A stretch of 62,090 bases of DNA, filler included, from Globobulimina sp. (GCA_003354225.1; 23 parts of 23 records of this genome joined end to end with filler, not necessarily neighbours in it), one strand, 5' to 3'; counted from the first letter of the whole stretch, positions 25,026 through 36,414 are shown. The notes: generated by a model from the sequence alone, not told the origin. A program made the numbers and translations.

Positions 25026-25825
25026 TTATTTTGTATTATTTTCATATTTAATGAATAATTCATACCTTTTATTTTTTAATTTGTTTTTATTTTTTTTCTT
25101 TATATGATGTTTTGAATGAGAATGAGAATGTGAATGGGAATGGGAATGCGATTTATGTGAAGGTGAAGGTGAAGGTGAATGTGAATGCGACCTCGAGAAT
25201 GAACGACGCCGTGAACGCGAACGTGAACGTGAACGCGAATGACGGTGTAACCTCTTTTTATCCTTTTCTTTGCCTCTTTTCTTTCTTCGTTTCTTTGAAT
25301 TTTTTTTCATTTTTTTTTTAGATAATATTTTTTTATCATTTTTGCCATTAATATTCTTTTTTGTTTTATTTTTTTTGAATTTTCTTTCTCTTTCTCTTGA
25401 ATGAGAATCAGAATGAGAATGAGATCTGTAATATGAAGATGAAGATGATCTTGATCTTGATTTTGATTTTGATTTTGATTTAGATCTGGATCTTGATGGA
25501 GAATTGTCATCTTCTCTAAAAAATGCATTCCTGTGATATCGGCCGGATTCTTTACTCCATTCAATATTTATTCTACATCCACTAATCTCTGAGCCCTGTA
25601 ATTCTGTCATTGCGTCTTCTGCGTCGCGGATATCCTCATATGTAATAAATGCAAATCCCTGAGGTTTTAAATCACATCTTGTTAATCGACCATATTTTTC
25701 AAATTTTCTCTCTAAATCTGGAAAATTCAATTCATAACAAATCAAATCAAAATGGACAATAATTCCATACAATCAATACCTTGTTTATGAATTCGTGAAT
25801 TTAAACGACCAACAAACAAAGCCAT
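25026..25825 (-). CDS. SR splicing factor (RRM + RS/SH-rich tail), 2 exons
   Basis: MALFVGRL; intron 25718-25779; GFAFITYEDIRDAEDAM; RS/SH dipeptide repeats. Confidence 0.85.
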
Positions 25826-26072
25826 TGTGGATGAGTTAGTCAAATAATTGAAATAAAATAAAATCTCACTATAGCAGTAAGACTAAAAGCACCGTTGAGT
25901 TGTTACGAATATCACTATAGCAGTTGTGTGATGTGGTCTTTTTATGTGTTTTTGTTAATTTTGTGATTAAGCTTTTTAAGAGTTTTTGGGAAGCGACCAG
26001 TTTTTGCAGTGGATAGATTAAAGATTGGTGCAAGACAATTATATTCCTTCTTATCATAATATCTGACATATT

Positions 26073-26390
26073 ATGTCCAACCAAGAGAGTGAAACCTCAA
26101 ATAACGCATCGAGTCCCGCTCAAACCGAGAATAATACAGCAATAAATTTATCAACACCGTCGAGAAAAGTAGGTGTTGGCGATAGCTTATCTGTGAACTC
26201 GTGTTTATCGGGGCCCAATAATCCAAAAACTCTACGACGAACCAAAGAGGGTAAGATTCAGGTTGTTCATTTTGATGAACGCGTTGTTGTTCACACTGTG
26301 CCTCATTGGGACCCTTCCAGAACGCAGTCATTTTCTGACGTCTCTAATCCAGCCAATGAAACAACGTGTAATTGTTGTGTTGTTGTATGA
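26073..26390 (+). CDS. small CaaX protein with RVxF-like motif (paralog 1)
   Basis: 105 aa; QVVHFDERVVVHTVP; ends CNCCVVV*. Confidence 0.7.
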   Translation: MSNQESETSNNASSPAQTENNTAINLSTPSRKVGVGDSLSVNSCLSGPNNPKTLRRTKEGKIQVVHFDERVVVHTVPHWDPSRTQSFSDVSNPANETTCNCCVVV

Positions 26391-26556
26391 CATTGACATT
26401 ATACATATACATATACTGCATTATGTACATTGTACTATTCACCATCACGTCACATCATTCTTCATAATCACTCAAAATGGTATACGTATACGTATAGAAT
26501 ATATATCTCATTTATTTATATGTACTGTATATTTTTTAAAAATAATAAAAAACAAT

Positions 26557-26946
26557 ATGCATCAAAATAAAATAGTTCAACAACAAGAACCGCAACGGCA
26601 ACAACAACAACAACAACAACATGATGTAAACAATAATAAGAAGAAGAAGCACAACAACAACAACAACAATAACAAACATCACAAACATAATAATAATAAT
26701 AATAATACCAACAACAAAAATAAGCAAAGTAAGAAAAATAAAGCATCAAAAGGAATATTAGCATCACCAACTAATCCAGCAACAATTCGCCGTTTATCAC
26801 AAAATGACGATTTAACGAATGTATCCTGGCATAAACGGGTTGTTGTTCATAGAGTGCCTCGATTGGATGCTTCGCGGTCAATGTTTCACCCAAAAAACAA
26901 ACAATCAACGAATTCGAATCAATGTGAATGTTGTATAGTTTTATAA
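26557..26946 (+). CDS. small CaaX protein with RVxW-like motif and Q/N tract (paralog 2)
   Basis: ATG at 26557; KGILASPTNPATIRR...NVSWHKRVVVHRVP; ends CECCIVL*. Confidence 0.7.
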   Translation: MHQNKIVQQQEPQRQQQQQQQHDVNNNKKKKHNNNNNNNKHHKHNNNNNNTNNKNKQSKKNKASKGILASPTNPATIRRLSQNDDLTNVSWHKRVVVHRVPRLDASRSMFHPKNKQSTNSNQCECCIVL

Positions 26947-27052
26947 TAAAAANNNNNNNNNNNNNNNNNNNNNNNNNNNNNNNNNNNNNNNNNNNNTTAA
27001 TTAATTAANNNNNNNNNNNNNNNNNNNNNNNNNNNNNNNNNNNNNNNNNNNN

Positions 27053-28285
27053 AACCAGACTGAAGAATATTTATCAGCAATCATTCCTTGGATGATTGCG
27101 CTACACAATTTATTTTGGTGTTTCTATTTCTTTTATTTGTTTGGCTGTTTCGAAAACAAATTCCCCGCCGTTAGCATCGGCATGAAACGTTCCGCATCAT
27201 TGGTATTCGTGACACATGCCATTGCCCCATTTTTTATGGGATTCAGTAATTTCTACGTACCCATCCTGTTCATTAACTCACTGTTAAATACATCCTATCC
27301 GTGCCGAGCCGATTTTATCATAGAAATCTTATTATATGCATTCTGCAAATTTGCTCTATTTTTATTTTTCACCTTCCGCGTCGACGTTATTCTGCGAGAC
27401 TCCTTTTTCGAATACAAACGTTTGCAATCGTGGCTCCTGCGGTTATCCGGATTTATTGGCTTTGTGGCGCTGTCGATATATTTACCGACCGCAGTCAAAG
27501 GCGACTTGGACGGCGATAGAGATTTTTGTCTGTTACGGAAAGAATCGTATTTGGCACTATATATCGGTGCGGCCTTCAATGCATTGATGTTTCTCATTGT
27601 TATCATTATATTTGCTCGTAAAATATGCCAAGTTACCGTTATATTGCTTGCCTATATATTTTATATTCGCTTTTCTATGAAAAAGGTAACACAGACCAGC
27701 TCTACCAATGTGAGAGAAGCAAGCATCGATTATAATAAATCCTTGCATGGATTCGAACAGCTGAGCTATACTACAAATGTCAATAAGGAATCTTTCAAAT
27801 TGATTGAAACATTACAGTATCACACATTGTTAATCACATTGAATGTGTGCATCGAATTGATATTATTATTTGTCTCGCAATGGACAGCGATCAGTGCGAT
27901 ATGTTTGGCATTGTCTATGTTTGTGGACATATGGTGTTTGTTGCTGATGTTTCGGAAAGTTTGGTTCAAGAAATATTGCAATTATTGTCTGATATGCTCG
28001 AAGCCGCTATGGGAATGTTGCGGTGTCAAATTGCCGCAATTGTATGATAGATATGATAGGAATCAGTCACTCAGAAATAGGGATTATTCTGCAGCAAAAT
28101 ATAACAATGACTTTGAAAATTATTTTTATGACGATAACTGTAATCGAAGCACGCAAACTGAGTTAACCAATGCTGTCAAACCTACACTTTGGGACAAACT
28201 TAAACGAAATAAAAGTGCGACCAAAAAGAAGCAAAAATATAAAAGTAAGGAAGATGAATTGTATCAACCGTTGAATGAACAATAA
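27053..28285 (+). CDS. GPCR-like 7TM protein, 5'-truncated
   Basis: About 7 hydrophobic helices, Cys before TM3 and in the second extracellular loop, Cys-rich juxtamembrane tail. Confidence 0.6.
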   Translation, partial: NQTEEYLSAIIPWMIALHNLFWCFYFFYLFGCFENKFPAVSIGMKRSASLVFVTHAIAPFFMGFSNFYVPILFINSLLNTSYPCRADFIIEILLYAFCKFALFLFFTFRVDVILRDSFFEYKRLQSWLLRLSGFIGFVALSIYLPTAVKGDLDGDRDFCLLRKESYLALYIGAAFNALMFLIVIIIFARKICQVTVILLAYIFYIRFSMKKVTQTSSTNVREASIDYNKSLHGFEQLSYTTNVNKESFKLIETLQYHTLLITLNVCIELILLFVSQWTAISAICLALSMFVDIWCLLLMFRKVWFKKYCNYCLICSKPLWECCGVKLPQLYDRYDRNQSLRNRDYSAAKYNNDFENYFYDDNCNRSTQTELTNAVKPTLWDKLKRNKSATKKKQKYKSKEDELYQPLNEQ

Positions 28286-28410
28286 GCTGTGCATGTAGTT
28301 GTATTATGTTCTTACTGTGCATCCTAAGCATGTCTTTGTTAGTCAGCTCGCTTTGTATTTACAAAACAAAAAGATTTAACCATACGTCCTTGCACAAATC
28401 CAAAGCATTA

Positions 28411-29412
28411 TCACAATCCATTTTGTAAGCCAGGTATGTTAATCCCGTGATTCTGAGCTATTTCCTCTACCTCCGCCGCAATTAAGTCTTCCAAAAACTT
28501 CTTAAACTCGCTATCATCAATCACGTCATCCCCATCACTAAAATCATCAAATGTTTGTCCAGATCTTCGAAATCTAGTTTTATATCTCCTCGGCAACGCA
28601 TTTATCAATGCTTCGAACTCATCCCTGTTGAGTCCAGATCCTCTCTCTCCATCTTCCATTCTCTCAAAAACATCAAATGCATTGAACAATATATCCCTTT
28701 CACATTGCCGGATTTCCCTCTTTTTCCCTTCGATCCGCTGTTGGAAACTTTCCTTTATAGAATCAGATTTCACCTCATTCGATTTGGACTTTTTTTTCCT
28801 ATCATCCAACCATTGCCGGAACTGTCTACTTTGTGTGCGGAGCTCCGCATTGCTCACTGACTGTTCCAGCTCAATCTGAGCTAATTTATCTTTGATCTCT
28901 CGCAAATTACCCACTTCCTGCTGTATACGGGAGCTTTTGTAACAATGTTATAGTGCTGATTCGAATGGATTCATTGGAGAGGATATATATAATTATGGTA
29001 CTAACCGTAGGTCGAGCAATGTGCGCAAACTTTGCACTAAGTCGTCGATCATTTTTTTTAATCTGAAGATTTCACTGAAACTAAATGTTGCAAACGCAGA
29101 CATTATGATTGATAATGCAGCGCATAAAAAATACCCCCAATTCAATTGAGCTCCCTCACCGTCCATATTTAGGTATACTCCATAAAAAATTGGTGCTAGA
29201 ATGCCCAACACGATCCATACTGAAAATTGACATTTTTGTCCCAAATCTGAAGACTTTGAGCAACACCAAACAAAACATGCAAAAGGTCCTGCGGATGATT
29301 CTGCTGCTTCAGCTTGTTTTTTTTCCTCTGCCGTTCGTTCATTACTAGCTCCACCTCCTCCAACTGCGAGGTTTACTACTCCGGGAAGCAACGCTGCTGC
29401 TTCAGTTGCCAT
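28411..29412 (-). CDS. 2-TM + coiled-coil + EF-hand protein (spliced)
   Basis: Two TM helices in exon 1; FSDGDDVIDDSEFKKFL and GLNRDEFEAL EF-hand-like loops. Confidence 0.6.
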
Positions 29413-29550
29413 TGGAGAAATGAAAAAACCTAGCTCTTGAAAATAAATCTATGGGATTACAGTTCGAATTGGTGGTGTTGAAAAACACCTGGTTTGATCA
29501 ATTCAATTCAAAATATAATGATAATATATAATGTATTGATCGATCGAGAT

Positions 29551-29655
29551 CTATTTTGTATTTGCAATGTATAGTTGCAGTGCTTTCTGTGCCTCCATCT
29601 GGCAATGCTTTGCGAATTCGCCGGGTAAACATAAGCGAACCGCACATTTTATGGC
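29551..29655 (-). CDS. divergent histone H2B, C-terminal fragment (absent from the ORF track)
   Basis: AIKCAVRLCLPGEFAKHCQMEAQKALQLYIANTK* aligns with H2B [29 protein letters not shown]. Confidence 0.8.
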   Translation of the reverse strand, partial: AIKCAVRLCLPGEFAKHCQMEAQKALQLYIANTK

Positions 29656-29756
29656 TNNNNNNNNNNNNNNNNNNNNNNNNNNNNNNNNNNNNNNNNNNNN
29701 TTAATTAATTAANNNNNNNNNNNNNNNNNNNNNNNNNNNNNNNNNNNNNNNNNNNN

Positions 29757-30747
29757 CTAAACTGGTCAAAATTGACCACACTCTCTACAATTGGCGATAG
29801 ATCTATCTTTTGTGCCATATTATTATTATTTATTGATTTTCTCTCCTCCTTTTCTGGTTCATGTGTCATAATACGTATCGGTGGATCATTTGTGTCAGAT
29901 TCACTATCTCCCGATTTCCGCGCTGTTCCGGATCCAGTCAAGTCTGATACACTCATTTCGTCAGAATGTCGCTGCATATCGTTTATGGTGCTATCGCTCG
30001 ACAAATATATATCGTCACTTTTGGGGGTTATGTCTAACTGATGCGGCATCAACAAATGCTTTGTCTCACTGCCTATCTGTATCACTAACGCATTCCTATC
30101 AGTTTTGAGTCTATCGTACTGTACGTCGGTGTCGACGAGCTCTTCCTCGATGGAAAAAGTTTTGTTAATGTTTTTCAGTCTAAGCTCTGAAGTCAATTTA
30201 GGAACACTGACGTTCCTATCTTTTAACGCAGGCACCGGTACACTCAACTCGGTGGCCCAGGAAGGTTCAATATTATTACTAAACTTCCTGTTATGAGTAA
30301 TACTCCCTTTCCTTACATGGCTCACAACAAAAGAACGAGAATTCATTGACTCTGCTCTTGGCGATCCTAACTGGCTCGTATTATATACAAGAATCGCTGA
30401 ATTTGTTCTGTATTTTTTATGTCTGTTTGGTGCTGCAACAATCTCCAATGGTCCATCTCTCTTTTTTTTCATACTCGTTTCTATCCCTTAGCACAGAAAC
30501 AGTTTGCATCAGATGCGAGTCATACGACTGTATGCCATTACGTACAAACAAATATTAATGCCATACCTGCAGTGATTACCTTTTCCAATGCATTGTGCAA
30601 TTCGTCGTCTTTCTCGCCGGTGGTTATGTTGATAAGCCATGTTATTACAATGGTGACAAGGATCCCTGCAAAGAATCCCAGATAAATTGGCCATGGTTTG
30701 CAAAGCCAGGTTTCTATCTCAATTATTTCATATTCTGTGTTGGACAT
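29757..30747 (-). CDS. single-TM protein with disordered tail, 3'-truncated
   Basis: TM IYLGFFAGILVTIVITWLI; an intron at ~30488-30567 joins KVITA-G-IETSMKKK. Confidence 0.45.
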
Positions 30748-31359
30748 TGTGTGGTTTGATAATAGTTTCCGTGATGGATTTATTGGTGTTTGTTTGAGGT
30801 TGATTGTGATGGATAGGTTTTGATTGGCTATGGTTTGGATGATTTGTATTGGAATTTGCTGTGAAAGAATTACATTTTTTGAGATAAATATGTGACTTTG
30901 ATTGATAATATCACACAGTTTGTGGATCAAATGATTGTTGTATGTTTGCATTGTGTCGATTTGTAATTGAATGATAAGTGTTTGTGGATTGAGGTGATAG
31001 TTTGTTAACGTGTTAAGAAATGATTTTAATGTAATTAAAGTATTTACGGCTATATTTTGTTTATTTTTGTGATATTTTTGTGATTGTAGGTATTTAATTT
31101 TATATAGTTTACACTAACATGGATTTGGCGGATTGGTGATGAACCATTCAGAGTGTAGCAATGTGATTGGTATTATGAATGATGTTGATAACGAAGATAA
31201 TGAGTTAATAAGCTGTATATGTTGCTCATTGATGATGTTGAAGTCATTGCAAACAATATTGTGAATGAAAGAACACAATATTATCAATTTGCAAAGGCTT
31301 CTGGGTGACATGATGTGAAGAGAAAGAAGGTTTTTCGTCGATCAGCGATCTTATAAAAA

Positions 31360-32359
31360 ATGGGCCTTGGAAATTCCAAAAAGAAAAGAAACAAATTTTT
31401 ACATGATTGTTCATGTAAAATGTATGATGAATGTGGTCATTGCTGCAATACACTATGTTTAGGAGAAAAAAACTTGGAGAAAAAACGGGAAAAATTAGCA
31501 TTAGCGTTAAGAAAATATAATTGTGAATATCTTACAAACGCAATCATGGAATATTTATCCTGTCTAGAAATTACACAATTTAATTGTAAACCATACCATG
31601 ATAAATATGTTGCTTATGTCCATTCAACGACTCTTGATATATGGCCTAAATTACCATGCTCGCACTGGAGAAAATATGTTGGATGCAGTGGTGAAAAAAA
31701 TGATAACTCATATAACAATGTTAAGGAACTTAAAATTGTTGTTCTTGGACAAGGAGGTGTTGGGAAAAGTGCTCTCGGTCTGATATTCATATATATAATA
31801 CATATCGATCAAGTAATATATTTATTTGTTTATGTTGTTATTTAGTGATAAGATTAGTGACTGACAACTTTCTCGAAGAGTATGATCCAACCATAGAAGT
31901 TAAGATATTTTATAATTTATATTATTATGCGTGTTTCCAAGTGTTTTTAACAGGATTCGTATAGAAAAATGATTTCAGTCAATGGGCAATGTCTTTTATA
32001 TGATGTATTTGATACGGCGGGAAGAACAGAATTTAGTTCTATGGAAGATCAATGGATAAGGGAGGGAGAGTTTTTTTTATTATGTTTTGCAGTGAATGAT
32101 GAATTAAGTTTTGATGAAGTTATACTAAAAAGAGAACGAATTATCAGAACAAAAGATGGTGGGAATTATGGAATGATTTTAGTTGGAACGAAAGCAGATT
32201 TATTATATGATGAGGAGTGGAAACAGAAAAATAAACAAGAAAAATATCCAAAGAAATTTGTGGATAGAAATACTGCAATTCAACAAGCAATTGAATGGGA
32301 TGTGGCATATATTGAAACCAGTGCATTGGACAGAAAAAATCATTTGTTTGTGTTTGAGC
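31360..32359 (+). CDS. Ras-family small GTPase with Cys-rich N-terminal extension, 3 exons, 3'-truncated
   Basis: G1 GQGGVGKS, G2 YDPTIEDSY, G3 DTAGRTEF, G4 TKAD, G5 ETSA; introns 31778-31845 and 31899-31953. Confidence 0.9.
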
Positions 32360-32747
32360 NNNNNNNNNNNNNNNNNNNNNNNNNNNNNNNNNNNNNNNNN
32401 NNNTTAATTAATTAANNNNNNNNNNNNNNNNNNNNNNNNNNNNNNNNNNNNNNNNNNNNGACTTTGGAGTACCATTCATTTTGTTTAATCTCAAATTGTA
32501 TTCAATTGCGTTGACAGGGGGTTCTATGAATTTATATTACGGGGATATATTAATTGTGTTGCCAGGCGTTTGCTGTTTAGTGTTTAGTTCAATACTAAAT
32601 AGACCTTTGGAATTTATCCGGTCGAATTCGCCTTGAGTTCGAGTGCTTGAAACCTATGGTGGAGTGTATATGATCTCTAAAGGGGTTTTTTGATGAATTG
32701 ATGTAATAATAATATGGTTTCAGTGTCTTTCATTCACCAAAAAATTA

Positions 32748-33752
32748 TTGTTACATCAAAATTCACGAATGCTACAACGAGAGCGTTCTACATCAACAGC
32801 AGATTATGACAGACGCCTCAAATTATATTATTGGGCCCTATCGTTTTGGAAGAAATATAAATTTTGGAATCAAAACATTATCATAATAATAACATCCACC
32901 ATAACTATTATTGGCGCAGCAATCCATCTCAGTCAAGCAAAATCATTTGAAGAGAAATGGAATGCTGAAACTCAATTAGCTGCGGTTGCGGCAACATGTG
33001 GCAGTATAATATTTATTGCAATTTCATCAGTGATTTTTCGAAAATTTCAATGTCGTTGTTGTTTGGCAGTTGTATCTACAGATAATAAATTCAGATTGTT
33101 ATGCATGGCAAAGACAACATTATTATTAATTAAACAAATGTTAATACAAGAGTTGAATAGCAATTGGCAATGGATTTTTCGAATATTATCCGTTGTTTCA
33201 TTAATATCGATAGCGACAATTACATACGCCTTTGATCGCAATTTTATACAGAAATTAGATATGAAGCATGCAAACCTATTTTATATAACGTATGGAATAT
33301 CATATTTTCTAAGCAATTTCTCAGTTGCATTGATTGTTATTTATAGCATTCATAGTGTATCAGATGATGGTTTAGCAGTAATATTTCCATTTATGTTTTT
33401 ATATTTTACCAAGTTATATAATAATGAATATTCGCGATATAAAGAGGATACGAAGAGGAAATCCAACGGAAATGTATCTACAAAACAACTTGCAACAAAC
33501 ACCAGATCTTTATATTATTTTCAAAGTGTAGTTGTCACAATGTCCGCAATGATATTTGTTGTTGTGATACTGTTGGATGTTGAAGGTATTCATCAGATAG
33601 AATATTCTGTTAATTATGTAATCCAAATGATATTTTCAGTAATAATATTTGTGAATGGTATCATAATATTATATATATTGAATGGTCAGGAAAACGAATT
33701 GGAATATGTGGAAAATGTGTTAGAAATGCATTATGTAAATTTGAATTCATAA
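32748..33752 (+). CDS. multi-pass membrane protein of unknown function
   Basis: Long ORF with about 7 hydrophobic segments. Confidence 0.5.
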   Translation: MLHQNSRMLQRERSTSTADYDRRLKLYYWALSFWKKYKFWNQNIIIIITSTITIIGAAIHLSQAKSFEEKWNAETQLAAVAATCGSIIFIAISSVIFRKFQCRCCLAVVSTDNKFRLLCMAKTTLLLIKQMLIQELNSNWQWIFRILSVVSLISIATITYAFDRNFIQKLDMKHANLFYITYGISYFLSNFSVALIVIYSIHSVSDDGLAVIFPFMFLYFTKLYNNEYSRYKEDTKRKSNGNVSTKQLATNTRSLYYFQSVVVTMSAMIFVVVILLDVEGIHQIEYSVNYVIQMIFSVIIFVNGIIILYILNGQENELEYVENVLEMHYVNLNS

Positions 33753-34056
33753 TTGTTTAATTATATGTAACGTGCAAATCTTTATCTGGTGGTTATATTT
33801 TCTTCCCACTATAAGTAAACGATAGCCAGTATATCCCATTAGATAACCACCCCATGGCGATAAGTTTGCTATAGCTTTGTCTTGGATTTGCAAATCCAGA
33901 ACAAAGCCAGAACAAATGTATAATTGAATTTTCGGTATACAAAGGGGTTATCCAATGGGATATATCGTTAAAAAATGATTTCTTGAGTTTTGAAGACAAA
34001 CGCACCAATAAAAAACACAATGAGAACACATAGAAATAATGACAACAAACATACAC

Positions 34057-34965
34057 TCATAAAAACATGGGAAAGTAATCTAAAATCAACATTTCAACAT
34101 CATTTGGTATTTTATGATTTTCAGCAGTCAATGCATAAATATATTGCTTAATTAACAAATGAAAATATTGTAAATGAATAATAGCTAACTCGACCGGTAT
34201 TTCCCCGTTTAATGATATTTTAAAATGAAATGGCAATGGATTTTCACCAAGAAAATGTGTATAATTTTTATCTGTATTCACAGCAACACAATGCCCATTT
34301 GAGTTATTAAATAAATATTTATTATCACATTCGAACATATTCCCTGTAAACAATAAATCCCAACAATATGTGTATATGCCTTCATCATCACTATCGGATT
34401 CAGAATCATATGTTTCTGTTTCTATCGCTGTTGCTGATAATCCATGGTAATAAAATAAAAAAATGATCCCTTTGAATCCAACCACGATATTGATTTCCCA
34501 GTCTCCATTGCCCGGTATTTTGGGCAATTTAATGTCATCAAATATTCTCCATTCGAAGTCTTGTTGATCATTATAATCATAATCATAATAATAAATGTTT
34601 TCTGAATTGGTAAACATTATTAATGTCGAAGTAGCCTCAATGTATACAATTTTATATGCTCGGATTTCTTTTTCTTGCGTGTCAGTTTGTAATGTTTCTA
34701 ATTGTATGAATTGCCGCGATTTCAGACTGAATTTCAAGTGGTTTAAGCTTGATTTGTTTCGGTGGTTATTTGCTATGAAATGTATACCATCGATGTTCGC
34801 ATAACAAGATTCAATGTTATATAGCAATTCGAAATGCGGTATCACGCATTTAATATCTTTCTCAAATTGATGCGTAAAATTAGCAATTTTGATGGATACA
34901 AAATATAAAACTATACTGTATATTAATGACAATAATAAGCAATTGTTTTTTATCGTTTTCAACAC
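34057..34965 (-). CDS. degenerate Kelch-like propeller with C-terminal IPxDxxxLIxxY motif
   Basis: DGIHFI, IYYYDY..W...IKLP, NYTHFLG repeats; terminal KIPNDVEMLILDYFP. Confidence 0.45.
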   Translation of the reverse strand: MLKTIKNNCLLLSLIYSIVLYFVSIKIANFTHQFEKDIKCVIPHFELLYNIESCYANIDGIHFIANNHRNKSSLNHLKFSLKSRQFIQLETLQTDTQEKEIRAYKIVYIEATSTLIMFTNSENIYYYDYDYNDQQDFEWRIFDDIKLPKIPGNGDWEINIVVGFKGIIFLFYYHGLSATAIETETYDSESDSDDEGIYTYCWDLLFTGNMFECDNKYLFNNSNGHCVAVNTDKNYTHFLGENPLPFHFKISLNGEIPVELAIIHLQYFHLLIKQYIYALTAENHKIPNDVEMLILDYFPMFL

Positions 34966-35162
34966 GGATAGTTGGTGATAATTTCGAAAATTTGAATGGG
35001 AATAATGTTGTTGATGAGTGTGATTTTGTATTCAGTATAATATTGTTTGCGCAAATCGCAATNNNNNNNNNNNNNNNNNNNNNNNNNNNNNNNNNNNNNN
35101 NNNNNNTTAATTAATTAANNNNNNNNNNNNNNNNNNNNNNNNNNNNNNNNNNNNNNNNNNNN

Positions 35163-35228
35163 TGGCGCAATCGGAAGCGCGTAACGTTCGCAACGTTAAG
35201 GCACCGGGATCGAAACCCGGGTACTCCA
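35163..35228 (+). tRNA. tRNA-Ala(CGC), 5'-truncated by contig start
   Basis: D-arm GCGC/GCGC, anticodon arm TAACG-TTCGCAA-CGTTA, T-arm CCGGG-ATCGAAA-CCCGG, followed by a T-run. Confidence 0.85.
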
Positions 35229-35319
35229 TATTTTTATTCTTATTATACTTTTCTTTTTTTTTTTGTTTCGTGCAGGGGAAAAAAAAAAGGTATATTTTCC
35301 CATAAAGAAAATAAATATA

Positions 35320-35392
35320 TGGAGTACCCGGGTTTCGATCCCGGTGCCTTAACGTTGCGAACGTTACGCGCTTCCGATTGTGCCAGGACCCC
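35320..35392 (-). tRNA. tRNA-Ala(CGC)
   Basis: 73 nt GGGGTCC...GTACTCCA; G3:U70 Ala determinant; CGC anticodon; eukaryotic Ala-type ATCG T-loop. Confidence 0.9.
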
Positions 35393-35567
35393 CATTTTGT
35401 TTTGTTATATGAATGTATCATTTATATGTGATATATAAACTTCATGTTTATTACCGTCATGAAATTATTTTTTCAAAAACTTATCAAACAGCTCTCAAAA
35501 ATGCAATCCGTTCGAACTCTTCAAAACTTTAAGAAATCAATTTAACTAACAATCCTACATAGGACCC

Positions 35568-36386
35568 TTGCATTTTCTTCTTCTCGATTTCTTACGAACT
35601 CTTCAATCGTTCCTCGAAATTGCTTACGCAAAAGAGAACGATATAAGACACAATAAAAATGACAAATCAATTGTGCAATATATACTAAATGAATATAAAC
35701 TGAATGCACATCTAAACAAATTAATATTGACAAATAAAATAATTATATATGATGTATACTATATAGGAGCGCCTATTCGCGCCGGTATACAAACAAGAAT
35801 TATGTCCCACAAAGATTCCATTATTAAACCAAAGTTAAATGATCAAGAATCGAAAGTAAATCAACCAAAAGAATTAGCATCCAGTAAATTCAGTGTTAGA
35901 TTAGAATTATTGCCTTCAAAATCCCAACGACAGAAAGTTCCAATTAAAATGCAGCGACTGTATCATATTAACGATGATCTCGATTTATCACAGCCTGAGG
36001 TAATCATAGTATCATTTGCCGAAGAACTATGCCCAAAGAATCAACAACCAAACTGGCTTAAACCTGGAACGATTTACGAAATCCATGCATTCCGAAATAA
36101 AGCGCTGCATTTCCCGGCTGTAGACTTTAGAAGTTGATTAATGTAGAATAAGATAACGCAACACAATCACTCAATTAACAATATTCCACACTTGTGAAGT
36201 TTTGGAAATGTTCGGCACTTCAAGATAAGATCAGAGGTCGCAACGCATCGTAAAATCGAAATTATCCCATTCCAAAAAGAACTGATCTGTAATCTGCATC
36301 GATACCGAGCGGTGGACGATGCCTACTTTTTATCGGAATGGTCCCTAAAAGAAAGAATAAGAAATTATTTTATGGAAAAAGTTTAG
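35568..36386 (+). CDS. hypothetical protein (probably spliced; last exon ~36200-36386)
   Basis: 189-aa ORF plus a downstream open frame FGNVRHFKIRSEV...YFMEKV*; weak OB-fold-like pattern VIIVSF.E...LKPGTIYEI. Confidence 0.35.
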
Positions 36387-36414
36387 ATCCGGAGCACAGA
36401 TATAAATATTTTTA

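Noticed and set aside
26263-26556. N-terminal 98 aa of the 227-aa ORF
   Set aside because: Overlaps paralog 1 out of frame and AT-rich intergenic DNA; the real start is probably ATG 26557
35740-35820. GIY-YIG nuclease motif (VYYIG...TRIMSH)
   Set aside because: YIG overlaps an AT-rich stretch ending in TATAG that looks like an intron acceptor; no other GIY-YIG residues recognised
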